In this document: positions 37,704 to 52,158 of the stretch, piece by piece
Layout of the letters: every line of letters starts with the position of its first letter
Position numbering within the stretch: the stretch's first letter is position 1
Assembly: GCF_001194135.2 (NCBI RefSeq)
Contig: NC_068987.1
Location: 77,273,280 to 77,330,391, forward strand
Source of the DNA: Octopus bimaculoides
Lineage: Eukaryota
DNA length: 57,112 bases
Reading direction: 5' to 3'
Notes under the pieces: generated by a model
What the model saw: the letters and a program-made list of their open reading frames with translations, nothing else
Database searches by the model: none
What the model was told of the DNA's origin: nothing
Program-made: the position numbers and the translations under genes

Positions 37704-38235
37704 CATCATCGTCATAACAAACATCAACATGCTAACATAAACAGCAACTACAATTACAGCTCTCCTAGGAATATCATGTGCATACAAAAGCACATAATCA
37801 CACACACACATATTGTATATATATATATATATGTACGTGTGTGATATTTGTATGTTCTTACAGCAGGTATATGATGCGCATTGGCATAAAATGCAAATAT
37901 AATTTTCTGCTATTGTATACGGGTAATTTTCTTCGTTACCTACTCTCATTTCTCCCCCTCTCTCTCACACACACACACATACACATATACTCATGTTCAC
38001 ATAATCTTTGGGTGTTTCTACCTCTCTAACTCTCAATGCATGCATCCATCCATCCATCCATCCGTCCGTTCATATACATACAAGCACACAAACACACACA
38101 CACCTATACGCACACGGACACATATATATAAATATATATAAATATATATATATGTATGTATGTACCCCTATATATATGCATGTATGAATATATATATATA
38201 TATGTATGTATGTACGTATGCTTGTATGACTGTAT

Positions 38236-38306
<71 letters not shown>

Positions 38307-38369
38307 TATACATACAAACATACAAACATATATATATATCAGTATATGTGTATTTAGATATATCTATAT

Positions 38370-38406
<37 letters not shown>

Positions 38407-38511
38407 AGTGTGTGTGTGTTTGTGCCTGTGCAGCTATATATATGTTCGTATATGAATGTCTTTATAGAGGTGTATATTCATATAGATATATGTATATATT
38501 TAAAAGTTATC

Positions 38512-38546
<35 letters not shown>

Positions 38547-38675
38547 ACTCACATGCGTACACACATACATACACACGCACACACACGCACGTGTTTGTCT
38601 CTGTGTGTGCATGTATANNNNNNNNNNACACGCACGTGTTTGTCCCTGTGTGTGCATGTATACACACGCACACAT

Positions 38676-38728
<53 letters not shown>

Positions 38729-38866
38729 TACATATATACATATATACATACATAATACATATGCATACACATAATCAATGAATAATTACGTTCTCTTCTT
38801 ATTGAAGATATGAAATACCCCAAAAGTTCTTCTTTTCCTTTCATTCTTTCTTTCTCTCATTCCCTC

Positions 38867-38921
<55 letters not shown>

Positions 38922-39789
38922 ATCTCTACACTCACACATATACACATACTCCCACACACGCGTATATTCACACATATATAATTAGTTTGAAATGCTCTTT
39001 CACACAATTCACCGAGAATTTATGCTATTGGCAAATATTTTATTTAATTTTATTTTTATCTGTTTTAGTCAGATATTTTTACCATAATGTTATTTTTTAA
39101 AATAAAAAACAATTTTTTCTTTCGTATTTTCATATTTACATATTAATGTTGATTTCTTCTATTTATTTTTTAAAATCTTTTCATGTGATTATATTGATGC
39201 ATATTTCAGAATATGAAAATAATTTCCAGGGAGAAGCAATGTTGATGGTTTTCTTCGTTTTTTTTTCTGTAATATTTATTTTTTTCTTTATTACCTATTT
39301 CATTATTTACAATCTATGCACAGCTACTGACATTGAAGACATGCCGGTTTGTAAATAAAAAAAGAATTAATTTGAAAATATATTGATTTACCAAATGTAT
39401 ATATGAATCTATCTTTCTATTTATTCAGCTCCGTATTTATCAATCCAATATATTATCGTTCTGAATTTGATTCTTTCAATTGTATTCAGCCTTCTTGCTA
39501 ATCGCTTTACATGTAAAGAAAAAAAAACAGTATTTTCGATATAACTACGAAGTATTTATCCATATAATTACTATAACAGATCATTACCATAAGTTAATAC
39601 TTCCATTGTATTTTTAATGTTCATATCGTTGAGTGTTTAACAATGCGATGGATGAGATGCTGGATGAATAAGAAGAGCAGTTTTTCGTTTTCAGTTCATT
39701 ATCTGTTATATTTTTAAAAGTTAACATGGGACACGACCGTTCCAAGAAAAGAAAGCGAAGTGACATTGAAGAGTTTAGTTCCTAATACA

Positions 39790-40262
39790 AGAATGTGTGT
39801 TAAAAGAAAATCAAGAATATGCCTGCGAAAGTGATGAGTGTGCTAGTGTTAGTGTAGACTGTTCTCTTTATAATACAGCCTTTTGACGGTCGTAAATGTG
39901 GGGATTTTGCCAAATGCAAGAATTAATTATGGAAAGTAGAGTCAATGGAAAGAACAAGATCGGGGTAATGAATAAAGCGCAGGTATTGATAGGTGGATAA
40001 AGAACAAGCTTGGGGAAATGGATAGAAAGACCAAGGAAGTGATGACAATGTACAAGGACCTGCACTTTAAAAACCTTATCGATAGACTGTATTTGCCTAG
40101 GAACAAGGGAAGAAGAGGTCTCTTAGGATGCAAGAGTAGGTCAGTCTGGGATGGTACATAAAACAGTAGAGTGAACCCTTGCTAGCCATTGTTAGAAATA
40201 GCAACACGATACCTACCGAAAATGTGACGCACCCAAAACCATTTAAGAAACAAGATGGAGAA
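39790..40262 (+). mobile_element. RLE-type LINE, RT C-terminal (thumb) fragment
   Basis: ...NGKNKIG...LGEMDRKTKEVMTMYKDLHFKNLIDRLYLPRNKGRRGLLGCK (DRLYLPRxxGGRGL motif). Confidence 0.75.
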
Positions 40263-40277
40263 CAAAGGCAATAATAA

Positions 40278-40886
<609 letters not shown>

Positions 40887-40994
40887 GTGCTGATGATATG
40901 TGCACCTCTGATCACGAGCAAAAGTAGTGGGAGAGCATCATAGCCATATATTGAGAGGAATTCTTTGGGGTTTATTATTAATGTTATTATTATT

Positions 40995-41312
40995 ATTATG
41001 TGAGCTGCATTTCCCAATATCTTTCAGTCTCTTAGGCACAACATGGGTGTTTCGTTTAACATCCTTAAACAAACCTTATTCAGGGACCTTTTGAGCAAGA
41101 TGGGCTACTCGACCTGAAGAAAATTCTAACTGGACCCCACCTACAAGGTCATGCGCTGTTTATCTTTATATGCGATCACCATGTCGCGTACATATGGTTG
41201 TGATGCATGTGCCTAGTGTACCCTTATTAGACGGCTAGTCATGATGGGTATACTGGGCTTCGTATATTTGCACTTCATTGTTACTTTGAAGGAATACACT
41301 GCTCTCTCACTC
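40995..41312 (+). mobile_element. Unclassified retroposon with a (TAA)n tail
   Basis: The 3' about 130 nt match 20794-20936; a long (AAT)n run follows to about 41406. Confidence 0.7.
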
Positions 41313-41389
<77 letters not shown>

Positions 41390-41603
41390 CAACAATAATA
41401 ATAATAGACAGCTTTCTTCAAAGAATACCCGACAAGCCACCCATACCTAGATACAACTCACTCAATAAGAACTCACTATTTGAATGGACCATAGACCAGA
41501 ATTGACTGTAAAAAGGATTTAGATAATCCTATCAGGTGGTGCTATTAAGTCAGACATGGCCTAGACCAATCTTTGGTCGAAACAAATCTAAGTTTATCTA
41601 AGT

Positions 41604-41682
<79 letters not shown>

Positions 41683-41789
41683 TGATGATGATAATAATGA
41701 TAATGATGACGGTGGTAGTGATGATGATGATAACTTACCATTTTCAGCTTGAAATCTCTACAAATAAAATACCATAATCGACTCGGCGA

Positions 41790-41990
41790 GTTATAGTTGT
41801 TCATCTCTAGGTTATCCTTGATTAAGCAAATCTATCAGAAGCGTTTAGTCCGTGACCATCCTATCTTTGAGAGAAGTAAGTATTCGGAGCATACCATTGT
41901 TCAACGTGTACTTCCCTTTTTTAAGACAGAGTATGTGATCTGATGGAGATTTGGCTGTTATTTCTTGCACATCCAGCGACTGGTTAGCTC
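41790..41990 (-). mobile_element. Unclassified interspersed repeat (same family as 21895-22080)
   Basis: Reverse complement CAAGAAATAACAGCCAAATCTCC...TCTTAAAAAAGGGAAG...CACGGACTAAAC. Confidence 0.5.
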
Positions 41991-42889
41991 GGGTACATAC
42001 AAGCGATTACCGGGTGCATGCGCATTTGGTCCACGACTCAGCTGTTAATTTCAATTAGAAGCCACGAAACCTCATTTACGATATTAATGAATGTGTCTCA
42101 TGGCTTTAAGAATTAAATTAATTGGGAATGCTATGCCAAGAACCACTATGCAAGAATTAAATTTTATTCTTTAATTTATACTCTTAAAGGTAGCCAACTA
42201 GGAGAATCGTTTGACGATTTCAGAGATCACCTCAGAGATTTGTTTCAGTTCCTTGCATTCTGAGTTCGAATCCCACCGAGGTCAACTATCGCCCTTCAGT
42301 TTCTAAATAAAATACCAACCTAACCTGGGGTTGATTGAATGAACTGTAAGAGCATCGGACGTTATGCTTTGCTGCACCAGTTCCGGTTGTTTGCGCTCTG
42401 AATTCAGTTTCAGCCTTGATCTTATGTCTACAGAGCAAATGAACGCACGCATAATATTCAAGATTCAATACTGCTGCGTGGTATCTGGAGCGAATGTTAT
42501 TTTCTATAGACTTGTGTTGACCCCTGCCTTGTAAATGAAATTGGGTTTGAGGGGAAACAGTAGAATTCCCGTAGGATTGATTTGATCTGTAATTCAAAAG
42601 TCCGACCTTGTCATGCGCCGTGTGACAATATGCCTCACTGATCTTGCCTGAGAGTTACATTAAAGATATTCGTGTTTGCGTATCATTTTTACTCAGCCAC
42701 TTAGACACTAATGCTCTGGAGTTTGGTAGCTTAGTAGTTCAGTTTATTGAACATCTGACTAGGCATGGTTGAAGTTTCTAAGCGAGATCCATTTTTATTA
42801 TACATACATACATACATACATACATACATCTCACTTTGAAGGGTATATGCCTCTGCTATTCAAGAACAAGAAATAGCAACCAAATTCCT

Positions 42890-43745
42890 AATAAACAATC
42901 GGGACAGAGAGGCGGGCAAAGCGTCACAATGTAATAATCGATGCAGACTCTGTGGAATCAGTATCGAAGATATCACCCACATCATTAGCAGCTGTCCAAA
43001 AATGTCATCACGGTATTACCTACCTATGAGACATGATGTTGTGGCCAAGACACTGTACAATGAAATCCGCCGACAGGATAACCCCGGGGCTAAGGAGAGG
43101 CCATTACCACTCACAATATGAAAGAGTATTGGTGGAATGTCCCAATAAAAACCTCAATAAAGTGCAGACATAATAGACCGGATATAGTAATCTGGGACAG
43201 AGNNNNNNNNNNNNNNNNNNNNNNNNNNNNNNNNNNNNNNNNNNNNNNNNNNNNNNNNNNNNNNNNNNNNNNNNNNNNNNNNNNNNNNNNNNNNNNNNNN
43301 NNNNNNNNNNNNNNNNNNNNNNNNNNNNNNNNNNNNNNNNNNNNNNNNNNNNNNNNNNNNNNNNNNNNNNNNNNNNNNNNNNNNNNNNNNNNNNNNNNNN
43401 NNNNNNNNNNNNNNNNNNNNNNNNNNATTAGGGTTCTCAAAACCTGAAAGAAAAAGGCTGATTAGAAGACTACAGATTCAAGCCATCAATGGAACTGTAA
43501 AGATATGTAAAACTTTCCAAAAATTTAGCACATAAATACATATGCATGCATCTAGACATAAAAACGCATCCATAAAACAAACATACAAATCTGCGCATAC
43601 ACTAACACCAAATACTGCACACACACATATGCACAAATACCTAGATGATGTTGATAAAAGTTCCAATGAAGGAGCCTTGAATCTATGTTAGAGTCCGGCT
43701 CTTTCTCTATTGACAAGAAATACAGAAATGAATCTGATTGATAAC
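42890..43745 (+). mobile_element. R4/Dong-like LINE 3' part (CCHC, RLE, C-terminus and 3' UTR), interrupted by a gap
   Basis: NNRCRLCGISIEDITHIISSCPKMSSRYYLPMRHDVVAKTLY...EYWWNVPIKTSIKCRHNRPDIVIWDR; after the gap, LIRRLQIQAINGTVKICKTFQKF, then a UTR ending in CATA. Confidence 0.88.
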
Positions 43746-43761
43746 ATACATACATACAGGA

Positions 43762-44060
43762 CAAAACTAATTCAGAAACTCCAGATCTAATCCATCACTG
43801 GAACTGTAAAAATCTGTAAAACTTTCCAGAAGTTTATCATTTAAATATATACGAGCATGTCTAGATATGCAACTATATGCATGAGAATACGTACATAAAA
43901 CATACATACATACATACATACATACATAAATACATACATACATACAGAAATACCCTGTTGTTGATGTCGAAATTCCAATGAAGGAACCTTGGATCTAGGT
44001 TAGAAACCGGTTCTTTATTGACAAGAAATCTTGAAATAAACTGAATAATGACATACACAT
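43762..44060 (+). mobile_element. Second tandem 3' fragment of the same (CATA)-tailed LINE family
   Basis: KLIQKLQI*SITGTVKICKTFQKFII* followed by the UTR ending AATAAAACTGAATAATGACATAC. Confidence 0.85.
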
Positions 44061-45045
44061 ATACACACATACATACATGAATACACACACATACATACAT
44101 ACACACACATACATACGTGCATATTAGAGAGAGCGAATGTATATTAGAGAGAACGAGAGAGAAAAGTAACAAAGGGCAACTAAACAAAAGTAGGTGTAAC
44201 GCATGTACTACATGGAGAAGTTCCATGTACAACATGTACAAATAAATGGCGTAATCAAATTTTATCTTTACAGCTGTTTCGGATAAACAATGATCGGTGC
44301 CATAACTTTGTATATTACGTAATGAGGCCTAAAATATTGTAGGTATATGGGTTATCCCGATTTTTTAAAGTTCCACGAAGTCTTTTAGCGTTCCACGAAA
44401 CGAAATCACGTTATCCTCAACAGGAAATTCTAGCAGGGAGCCTAGTATATCTATATATTACCGAAGTTTATAGACCAAGAACAATGAATGAAGGAACTGC
44501 AGTCAACCAATATATTAAAATATACAACATGGTTGCTGCCTATGAAAAGTGAAACGTACTCGAACCAAAAATACAGTGCTTCGAAAATGGATATTCGTCA
44601 GTGTTTGGTCATCCTTCTCATATTTGCAATCCAAGTGAAAACTGAAATTCTGTTCAGAATTCTCTCGCTCAACCGGTCTTATAAAACGTTTTGTATAAAA
44701 GAAAACATGAAAATATGAAAATTCATGAAAGTATCTTATGATTGATAACCAATAATATATTAAAGAGAAAGATATTCCAGCTATTTTCGTTCGTCAATTG
44801 GCTTAATTCACCGTTGATGACAAAACAAAAATATTGTGGTATAGGATTTTACTTCTTAGTTAAATAGCTAGATTGATTGTATAAGACAGATCGGTAGCAT
44901 GAATTCTTTAGGGGCTGTTTATTGAGTCTGAATGTGTTTCGGTTCTACTCCGACAGCTATGTCGTTTATTTTAGTGTATTACATAATAAGGAGCTTTTGT
45001 GAGTGAAATGTAAAGGAAAACAAACAAATAATAATAATAATGATG

Positions 45046-45141
<96 letters not shown>

Positions 45142-45391
45142 NNNNNNNNNNNNNNNNNNNNNNNNNNNNNNNNNNNNNNNNNNNNNNNNNNNNNNNNNNN
45201 NNNNNNNNNNNNNNNNNNNNNNNNNNNNNNNNNNNNNNNNNNNNNNNNNNNNNNNNNNNNNNNNNNNNNNNNNNNNNNNNNNNNNNNNNNNNNNNNNNNN
45301 NNNNNNNNNNNNNNNNNNNNNNNNNNNNNNNNNNNNNNNNNNNNNNNNNNNNNNNNNNNNNNNNNNNNNNNNNNNNNNNNNNNNNNNNNNN

Positions 45392-45434
<43 letters not shown>

Positions 45435-45667
45435 ATGTATGTATGTATGTATGTATGTATATTATGTATGCTATGCATATATAAGTATATGTGTTTTTGT
45501 GAGTGTTAGCGCATGTCTCTGCGTGTGTTTCCATATATGGACACTGAACGATAAAACTCGTCGTGTTTGATGTAACCATCAAGAAACAATGCCAAGTTTT
45601 AAAGAAATCGTCAAAACGAGAGAAGGACAGGAAGACAAATGATGTACAGCAGAATGTGTATATGTGT

Positions 45668-45703
<36 letters not shown>

Positions 45704-46087
45704 AAGAGAAAGAGAAAGAGAATGAAAGAGAGAGAGAGAATGAAAGAGAGAGAAACAAATTGGGAAAGAGAGAGTGGAGCGGGAGAAAAGACTAAGAAAG
45801 GACTCGAAAAAGTTTGGCTTCAACGTTTTTTTTTTGTTATTTATATTTTAGTAGGTCTTTTTCTCTTTTTTCTTTCTTTCTCTTTTTCTTTCTTTCTTTC
45901 TTTCTTTCTTTCTCTCTTTCTTTTCGAGCTATAAACATCAAAGTCATGAAACGGTAATAAAACTCACTCTTTGTTTAGATTCCAATTTTGATATTAGACT
46001 GATTTGGATGGAAATCATTAATCCAATATTGTTCTAGAAAGCAAAATAAAGATGCCAAAAATATATCAAAATAATTAAAAGAAATAC

Positions 46088-46119
<32 letters not shown>

Positions 46120-46469
46120 TATTGCATATATATATATGTATATATATATTAGAATATATGTACATATACATATATATACATATACGTATGTATATGAAAG
46201 CATTCACGTTCGCACACACACACACACACACACACATACATATATATATATACATATTTACATAGAAACATATATACAAACACATATATATACACACACA
46301 CATACAAATATATATATATATATATATATGTGCACATACACACACGCATATGCACGCGCACACACATACATGTATATACCTATATACATATACATATATA
46401 TATCTATATATATATACACATATATATGTATATATATACATATATATATGCGTGTATGTATATATATAT

Positions 46470-46535
<66 letters not shown>

Positions 46536-47545
46536 NNNNNNNNNNNNNNNNNNNNNNNNNNNNNNNNNNNNNNNNNNNNNNNNNNNNNNNNNNNNNNNNN
46601 NNNNNNNNNNNNNNNNNNNNNNNNNNNNNNNNNNNNNNNNNNNNNNNNNNNNNNNNNNNNNNNNNNNNNNNNNNNNNNNNNNNNNNNNNNNNNNNNNNNN
46701 NNNNNNNNNNNNNNNNNNNNNNNNNNNNNNNNNNNNNNNNNNNNNNNNNNNNNNNNNNNNNNNNNNNNNNNNNNNNNNNNNNNNNNNNNNNNNNNNNNNN
46801 NNNNNNNNNNNNNNNNNNNNNNNNNNNNNNNNNNNNNNNNNNNNNNNNNNNNNNNNNNNNNNNNNNNNNNNNNNNNNNNNNNNNNNNNNNNNNNNNNNNN
46901 NNNNNNNNNNNNNNNNNNNNNNNNNNNNNNNNNNNNNNNNNNNNNNNNNNNNNNNNNNNNNNNNNNNNNNNNNNNNNNNNNNNNNNNNNNNNNNNNNNNN
47001 NNNNNNNNNNNNNNNNNNNNNNNNNNNNNNNNNNNNNNNNNNNNNNNNNNNNNNNNNNNNNNNNNNNNNNNNNNNNNNNNNNNNNACGTAGAAGCAAATT
47101 TTCAGAAATATATCTTGTATTCTTGTATACCTGTGCTTTTGTGTGTACGTGTGTTCATGTCTGATGTAGAATAATGTTAAATATATATCTATATGCATAT
47201 ACTTATATGTATGTATGTATGTATGCATGTATGTATGTATGTATGTATGCATGTATGTATGTATGTATGTATGTTTAGTGTAGTAGTGTGTTCGTTCTTC
47301 AATTTTTCCTCCACATAAACACCTATTGATTTCCAATGAAATTTTTACATGATAAAGTTATGGAAGCGCATTCCTCTTTTCTCTTCATTTCTTCTTTGTA
47401 TGAAATTTTGCTTTTTTTGTTTTATGGGTTTTTTTTAATACGGATTTAAAAGATTTACGTTTCTAATAATTGAATTTTGATGATGACAATGATGATGATT
47501 CATGATGATGATGTTGATGATGATGATGATGATGATGATGATGAC

Positions 47546-47577
<32 letters not shown>

Positions 47578-47691
47578 CGATGATGATGATGATGATGATG
47601 ATGATGGTGTCCACGACGACGACGACGATGATGATGACGTGAACGAGTTGAAGGACATGGAGTTATATAATAGTGATGGTGGTGATAATGC

Positions 47692-47722
<31 letters not shown>

Positions 47723-48121
47723 AGTGTTGTTGTTGTTGTTGTTTTGGTGGTGGTGGTGGTGGTGGTGGTGATGACCACGGCAGCTATGACGGTGATGAGT
47801 TTGGTGCCAGACCACGAATTGTTTGAGAAAGGGTATAAACAGACGCATGAAACTACCTACCCAGCACATCCAAAACAGGACATGTCTCATATTTTACAAG
47901 CAGTCAATACATCGAATACTGAAACTCTGTGTTCCAGTCACACCGAATGCCCATGACATAATATTATCCCAAAGGTGTTCGTATCTTTACGTTTCGATTT
48001 GTTCGATTTGAAGACATTTTCACTGTCTGTTTATAGACGGACCAAAATTTTACTGAATTTATCAATACCATGATAGTAAGTAAACGAGAGAGACAGAAAG
48101 AAAGACAGAGATAGAGGGAGG

Positions 48122-48179
<58 letters not shown>

Positions 48180-48298
48180 AGTGCCATAGGGATCATAGAG
48201 CAACCTGGAATGAAATGTTTTGCTCAAGAACACAACGAGTCACCCGATCCCGAAATTGAAACCACAGTCTCGCGATCGTGAGCGAAACACCCTCACAA
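48180..48298 (-). mobile_element. SINE family C head fragment
   Basis: Reverse complement GAGGGTGTTTCGCTCACGATCGCGAGACTGTGGTTTCAATTTC...GTTGTGTTCTTGAGCAAAACATTTCATT. Confidence 0.7.
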
Positions 48299-48790
48299 CG
48301 TGTATGTGTATGTGCGTATATATACATACATATATATATATATATATACGCACATACATATTTACACCCATATATATGTGTGTGTGTGTGTGTGTGTGTA
48401 TACATATACATATTTACACATGCATGTANNNNNNNNNNNNNNNNNNNNNNNNNNNNNNNNNNNNNNNNNNNNNNNNNNNNNNNNNNNNNNNNNNNNNNNN
48501 NNNNNNNNNNNNNNNNNNNNNNNNNNNNNNNNNNNNNNNNNNNNNNNNNNNNNNNNNNNNNNNNNNNNNNNNNNNNNNNNNNNNNNNNNNNNNNNNNNNN
48601 NNNNNNNNNNNNNNNNNNNNNNNNNNNNNNNNNNNNNNNNNNNNNNNNNNNNNNNNNNNNNNNNNNNNNNNNNNNNNNNNNNNNNNNNNNNNNNNNNNNN
48701 NNNNNNNNNNNNNNNNNNNNNNNNNNNNNNNNNNNNNNNNNNNNNNNNNNNNNNNNNNNNNNNNNNNNNNNNNNNNNNNNNNNNNNNNNN

Positions 48791-48833
<43 letters not shown>

Positions 48834-49040
48834 TGTAAATCGTTCAGTATTCCTTCCGCACATAGACTTTACTATACAAATTCATCCAAGTGGTCTGAAG
48901 TATTTTCTCTTGGCTTCTACACGTGTCCTTATCTGTCCCTAATCTAGCAACCACAATCAATTCGTAACGATTATTTTAGCATATGAATTAACTCATTTAC
49001 TTATATGTCCTTTGTCTTATTGCAATATAAAAGATCCTAG

Positions 49041-49260
49041 GGCGGTGAGCTGGCAGAATCATTTGCACGCCGGGCGAAATGCTCAGCGGCATTTCGTTTG
49101 CCGTTACGTTCAGGGTTCAAATTCCGACGAGGTCGACTTTGCATTTCATCCTTTCGGGGGTTGATTAAATAAGTACCAGTAACGCCCTGGGGCCGATGTA
49201 TTCGACTTCATCGTTGTTTGTCCCATCTATGTTCAGCCCCCGGGAAGGCAATAAAGAGAT
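49041..49260 (+). mobile_element. SINE family A long-tail monomer
   Basis: GGCGGTGAGCTGGCAGAATC...GGTTCAAATTCC...GGCAATAAAGAGATAA. Confidence 0.88.
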
Positions 49261-49961
49261 AAATATAAAAGATTCTTTAGAACAGTTGTAAAAATACTTT
49301 CTTAAACAGAATTGAGTCGTGATTTAAATGTTTCTAAGTATTGTCTTGTAACACTAAAAATATTTTAGAACCATGGAGAAATATTTATATGGAATTAAAT
49401 ATGTATTATAGGTTAGTATGCATGTACTTATGTCTTCGAATATCAGAGATATTGTGAAACCAAGATATAAATTTATTTATGTTCTATGGAGCCTTGTGAG
49501 AGTAATGAACACATTTACCATTTTGAAATGTCAAATATGTTTTATAAGCAGGGGGAAAATATTTTAGCTTATTGAATTTAGTCATACGCTTTATGAAGTA
49601 AAGTGTACACGTATGTGTCTGTGTTCGTATATGTGAACGCATGCGTGTGTATGATCATATGTTCAAAATCCGTCCAAGGATACATCTGCATGTGTGTGTC
49701 TAAGAAACGAGAGTCCGAATCAGTGTGTGAGTGCGTGTCTATATGTGCATGCGTGTATATTTGTGTGTGTGTGCGTGTGTGTGTATGCGTGTGTAGGGTG
49801 GTAGGTATGCGTGGCTAAAATTCTCTCTGGAAAAATCGTCTTATTGCAATTCTTCAAACGACCCCATTGTATTTGAACTGCAACCTCCGTTTCGATCTTC
49901 TAAAAATAAATATAGAATATTTATATAAATCTGTTTAATTTAAAATTGGTTACGTAAATCA

Positions 49962-50032
49962 AACATCTAAATTCAATAAATAATTAAATCTAATAATTAA
50001 TTAGATTTAATTATTTATTGAATTTAGATGTT
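49962..50032. other. Perfect AT-rich palindrome (33-bp arms, 5-nt spacer)
   Basis: AACATCTAAATTCAATAAATAATTAAATCTAAT-AATTA-ATTAGATTTAATTATTTATTGAATTTAGATGTT. Confidence 0.92.
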
Positions 50033-50260
50033 AGCGCCAGTTTAATAAAGTTCGAGAAATATATATCAATCTAATTTGCGAAATATTTATTAAACTTTAA
50101 TTTTTGTATTTTGGAACTTCTATCTCATGTGAGGATAAAAATGTTTCGAGTCATATAAAGATATTTTATGTTCGTTATTAGCTAAATAGCTAACCTCCTG
50201 TTGCTTTATTTCAATTATGAAAACAATTCAATATTGTAATGTTTTGTTTCTAAAATATAG

Positions 50261-50389
50261 TGGATGAAACTATTTCCAAAATGGTGGATTTTTTCATTAA
50301 GTTAAAAAGTTATTTAGAGCAGCCACCATTGAAACATTTCATAATGGTTATGTCATGGACAGCAAATAATGTATCTTGGCAGTCTCTTG
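50261..50389 (+). CDS. Candidate internal coding exon (129 nt, phase 1-1), protein unidentified
   Basis: Acceptor GTTTTGTTTCTAAAATATAG and strong donor G|GTGAGT. Only one frame is open: DETISKMVDFFIKLKSYLEQPPLKHFIMVMSWTANNVSWQSL. No family was recognised. Confidence 0.3.
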
Positions 50390-50679
50390 GTGAGTGCATG
50401 TCTGTGTGTGTCCTTGTATGTATGCGTGCTTATACATGTTTGAATGCATGGTTATACACATATATTATATACGTGTGTGAGAATGTGTGCGTGAAAGAGA
50501 TTTTGGGTGTGTATGTGTATGTGTATGTGCATTAATGACAAACTGGAAGAATGAATTCTCAAGACCGTAGAGTCTGACCAGTTAAAATGTCGGAATTGTC
50601 ATCTATTATCTAAAATTGGATTGAATAACTGCGAATGTCTTTCGCACGAAACACGATATCAGTCTGTTCAATTCTAGCA

Positions 50680-50722
<43 letters not shown>

Positions 50723-51084
50723 TATTTCCACAAAAGTAGGAAAATAAGAGAATTTGTTTGAAGTTTAAAATACGCCTACGTCTTATATTTTTTGTATAAT
50801 CTATTAAAATACCATTGTTATAGATAACAATTGCAAAACAATGACTCTACAGAAACCAGTGTCATATTATATATGTGTGTATATATATATACATGTATAT
50901 TGTGTGTGTCTGTGAGTGAAGTTGAGATTTTCGACTGGGTTGTATTAGTATTTCAATGGTCATACGGTGTCACGCAGATTTTCAATGAGCATTACTTTAA
51001 GACTAACGATGAATAGTGTGTGGATTTAAACTCAGTGACGATGAATCGGTGGACCAGTTTATATACACACACACTGATTGACCG

Positions 51085-51262
51085 TTGACTGGACACTATT
51101 CAATTTTTTTTCTCCGTGTTTTTCTCCTTGTCTCCGTATTCTTTCTGTTGAAGAGCGTAGCTCGAAACGTCACTTTCCGTATTCCCGAGCGTCATACTAA
51201 TACATCCTTTTGTATTTACACCACCTGTCCTCGTCTGTTGTTGTTTTTTCGTATATTCTCCC
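51085..51262 (+). mobile_element. Repeat with a hammerhead-like motif (probable Penelope-type LTR fragment)
   Basis: CTGTTGA-A-GAGC-GTA-GCTC-GAAACGTC at 51145-51171; similar downstream to the 17.2-kb minus copy. Confidence 0.45.
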
Positions 51263-51492
51263 ATATATATATATATTTATCTATATATATACACGCACAC
51301 ACACACACATACATCAATCGAAGTGTACAGTATTATGTATCCATTACGACCGATCTCGCCAATCGGTTTTGCACTAGAGAGTTCAATGGAGTACATATAA
51401 ATCCGTGTGTGTAATATATATATATATATATATTAGAAATATAATATTTCTAAATCTCTCAGAGAGATTTAAGCAGTAGTGGAGCGACAAAG

Positions 51493-51654
51493 TTGTAGTA
51501 TATTGTCAACTTAATGTGACAATCCCAATAAGGGAACTTAAGGACACAGTAATTGTGTCAAGGCCGACAGGAAGCGGTCCAGCTTCCTAGGGCTAAACAG
51601 CAGTAGTGTGTTCCCTTATTGGGATTGTCACATTAAGTTGACAATATATTACAA
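51493..51654. mobile_element. MITE, 162 bp with 45-bp TIRs
   Basis: 51493-51537 TTGTAGTATATTGTCAACTTAATGTGACAATCCCAATAAGGGAAC versus 51610-51654; 1 mismatch. Confidence 0.8.
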
Positions 51655-51876
51655 ATATATATATATATACATATACATTTGTGCGTGAGTGTTTTTTATG
51701 TAGATGTACAGATATATGCATTTACATACATACATACACACACATATATACATACATACATACATACATACATACATAGACAGACATATATGTATATACA
51801 TATGTAAGTGCGTGTGTTCATATATAAATCCGTGTATGTCTTCATGCATGTATGTATGTATGTATGTATGTATGTT

Positions 51877-51921
<45 letters not shown>

Positions 51922-52089
51922 AGTTACCTATCTATGTCTCTTTGTGTGAGAGCGATGATATATATAACTTACATGTTTGCAAATGTTTGCGTTTGCGCGC
52001 GCGCGTCTTAAGATATCNNNNNNNNNNNNNNNNNNNNNNNNNNNNNNNNNNNNNNNNNNNNNNNNNNNNNNNNNNNNNNNNNNNNNNNN

Positions 52090-52158
<69 letters not shown>

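Noticed and set aside
38583-38662. 35-bp duplication across a 10-N gap
   Set aside because: Likely a haplotype or scaffolding artefact.
47477-47956. 159-aa poly-D/poly-V ORF
   Set aside because: It is built from (GAT/GAC/GTT/GGT)n; the short unique tail has no recognisable motif.
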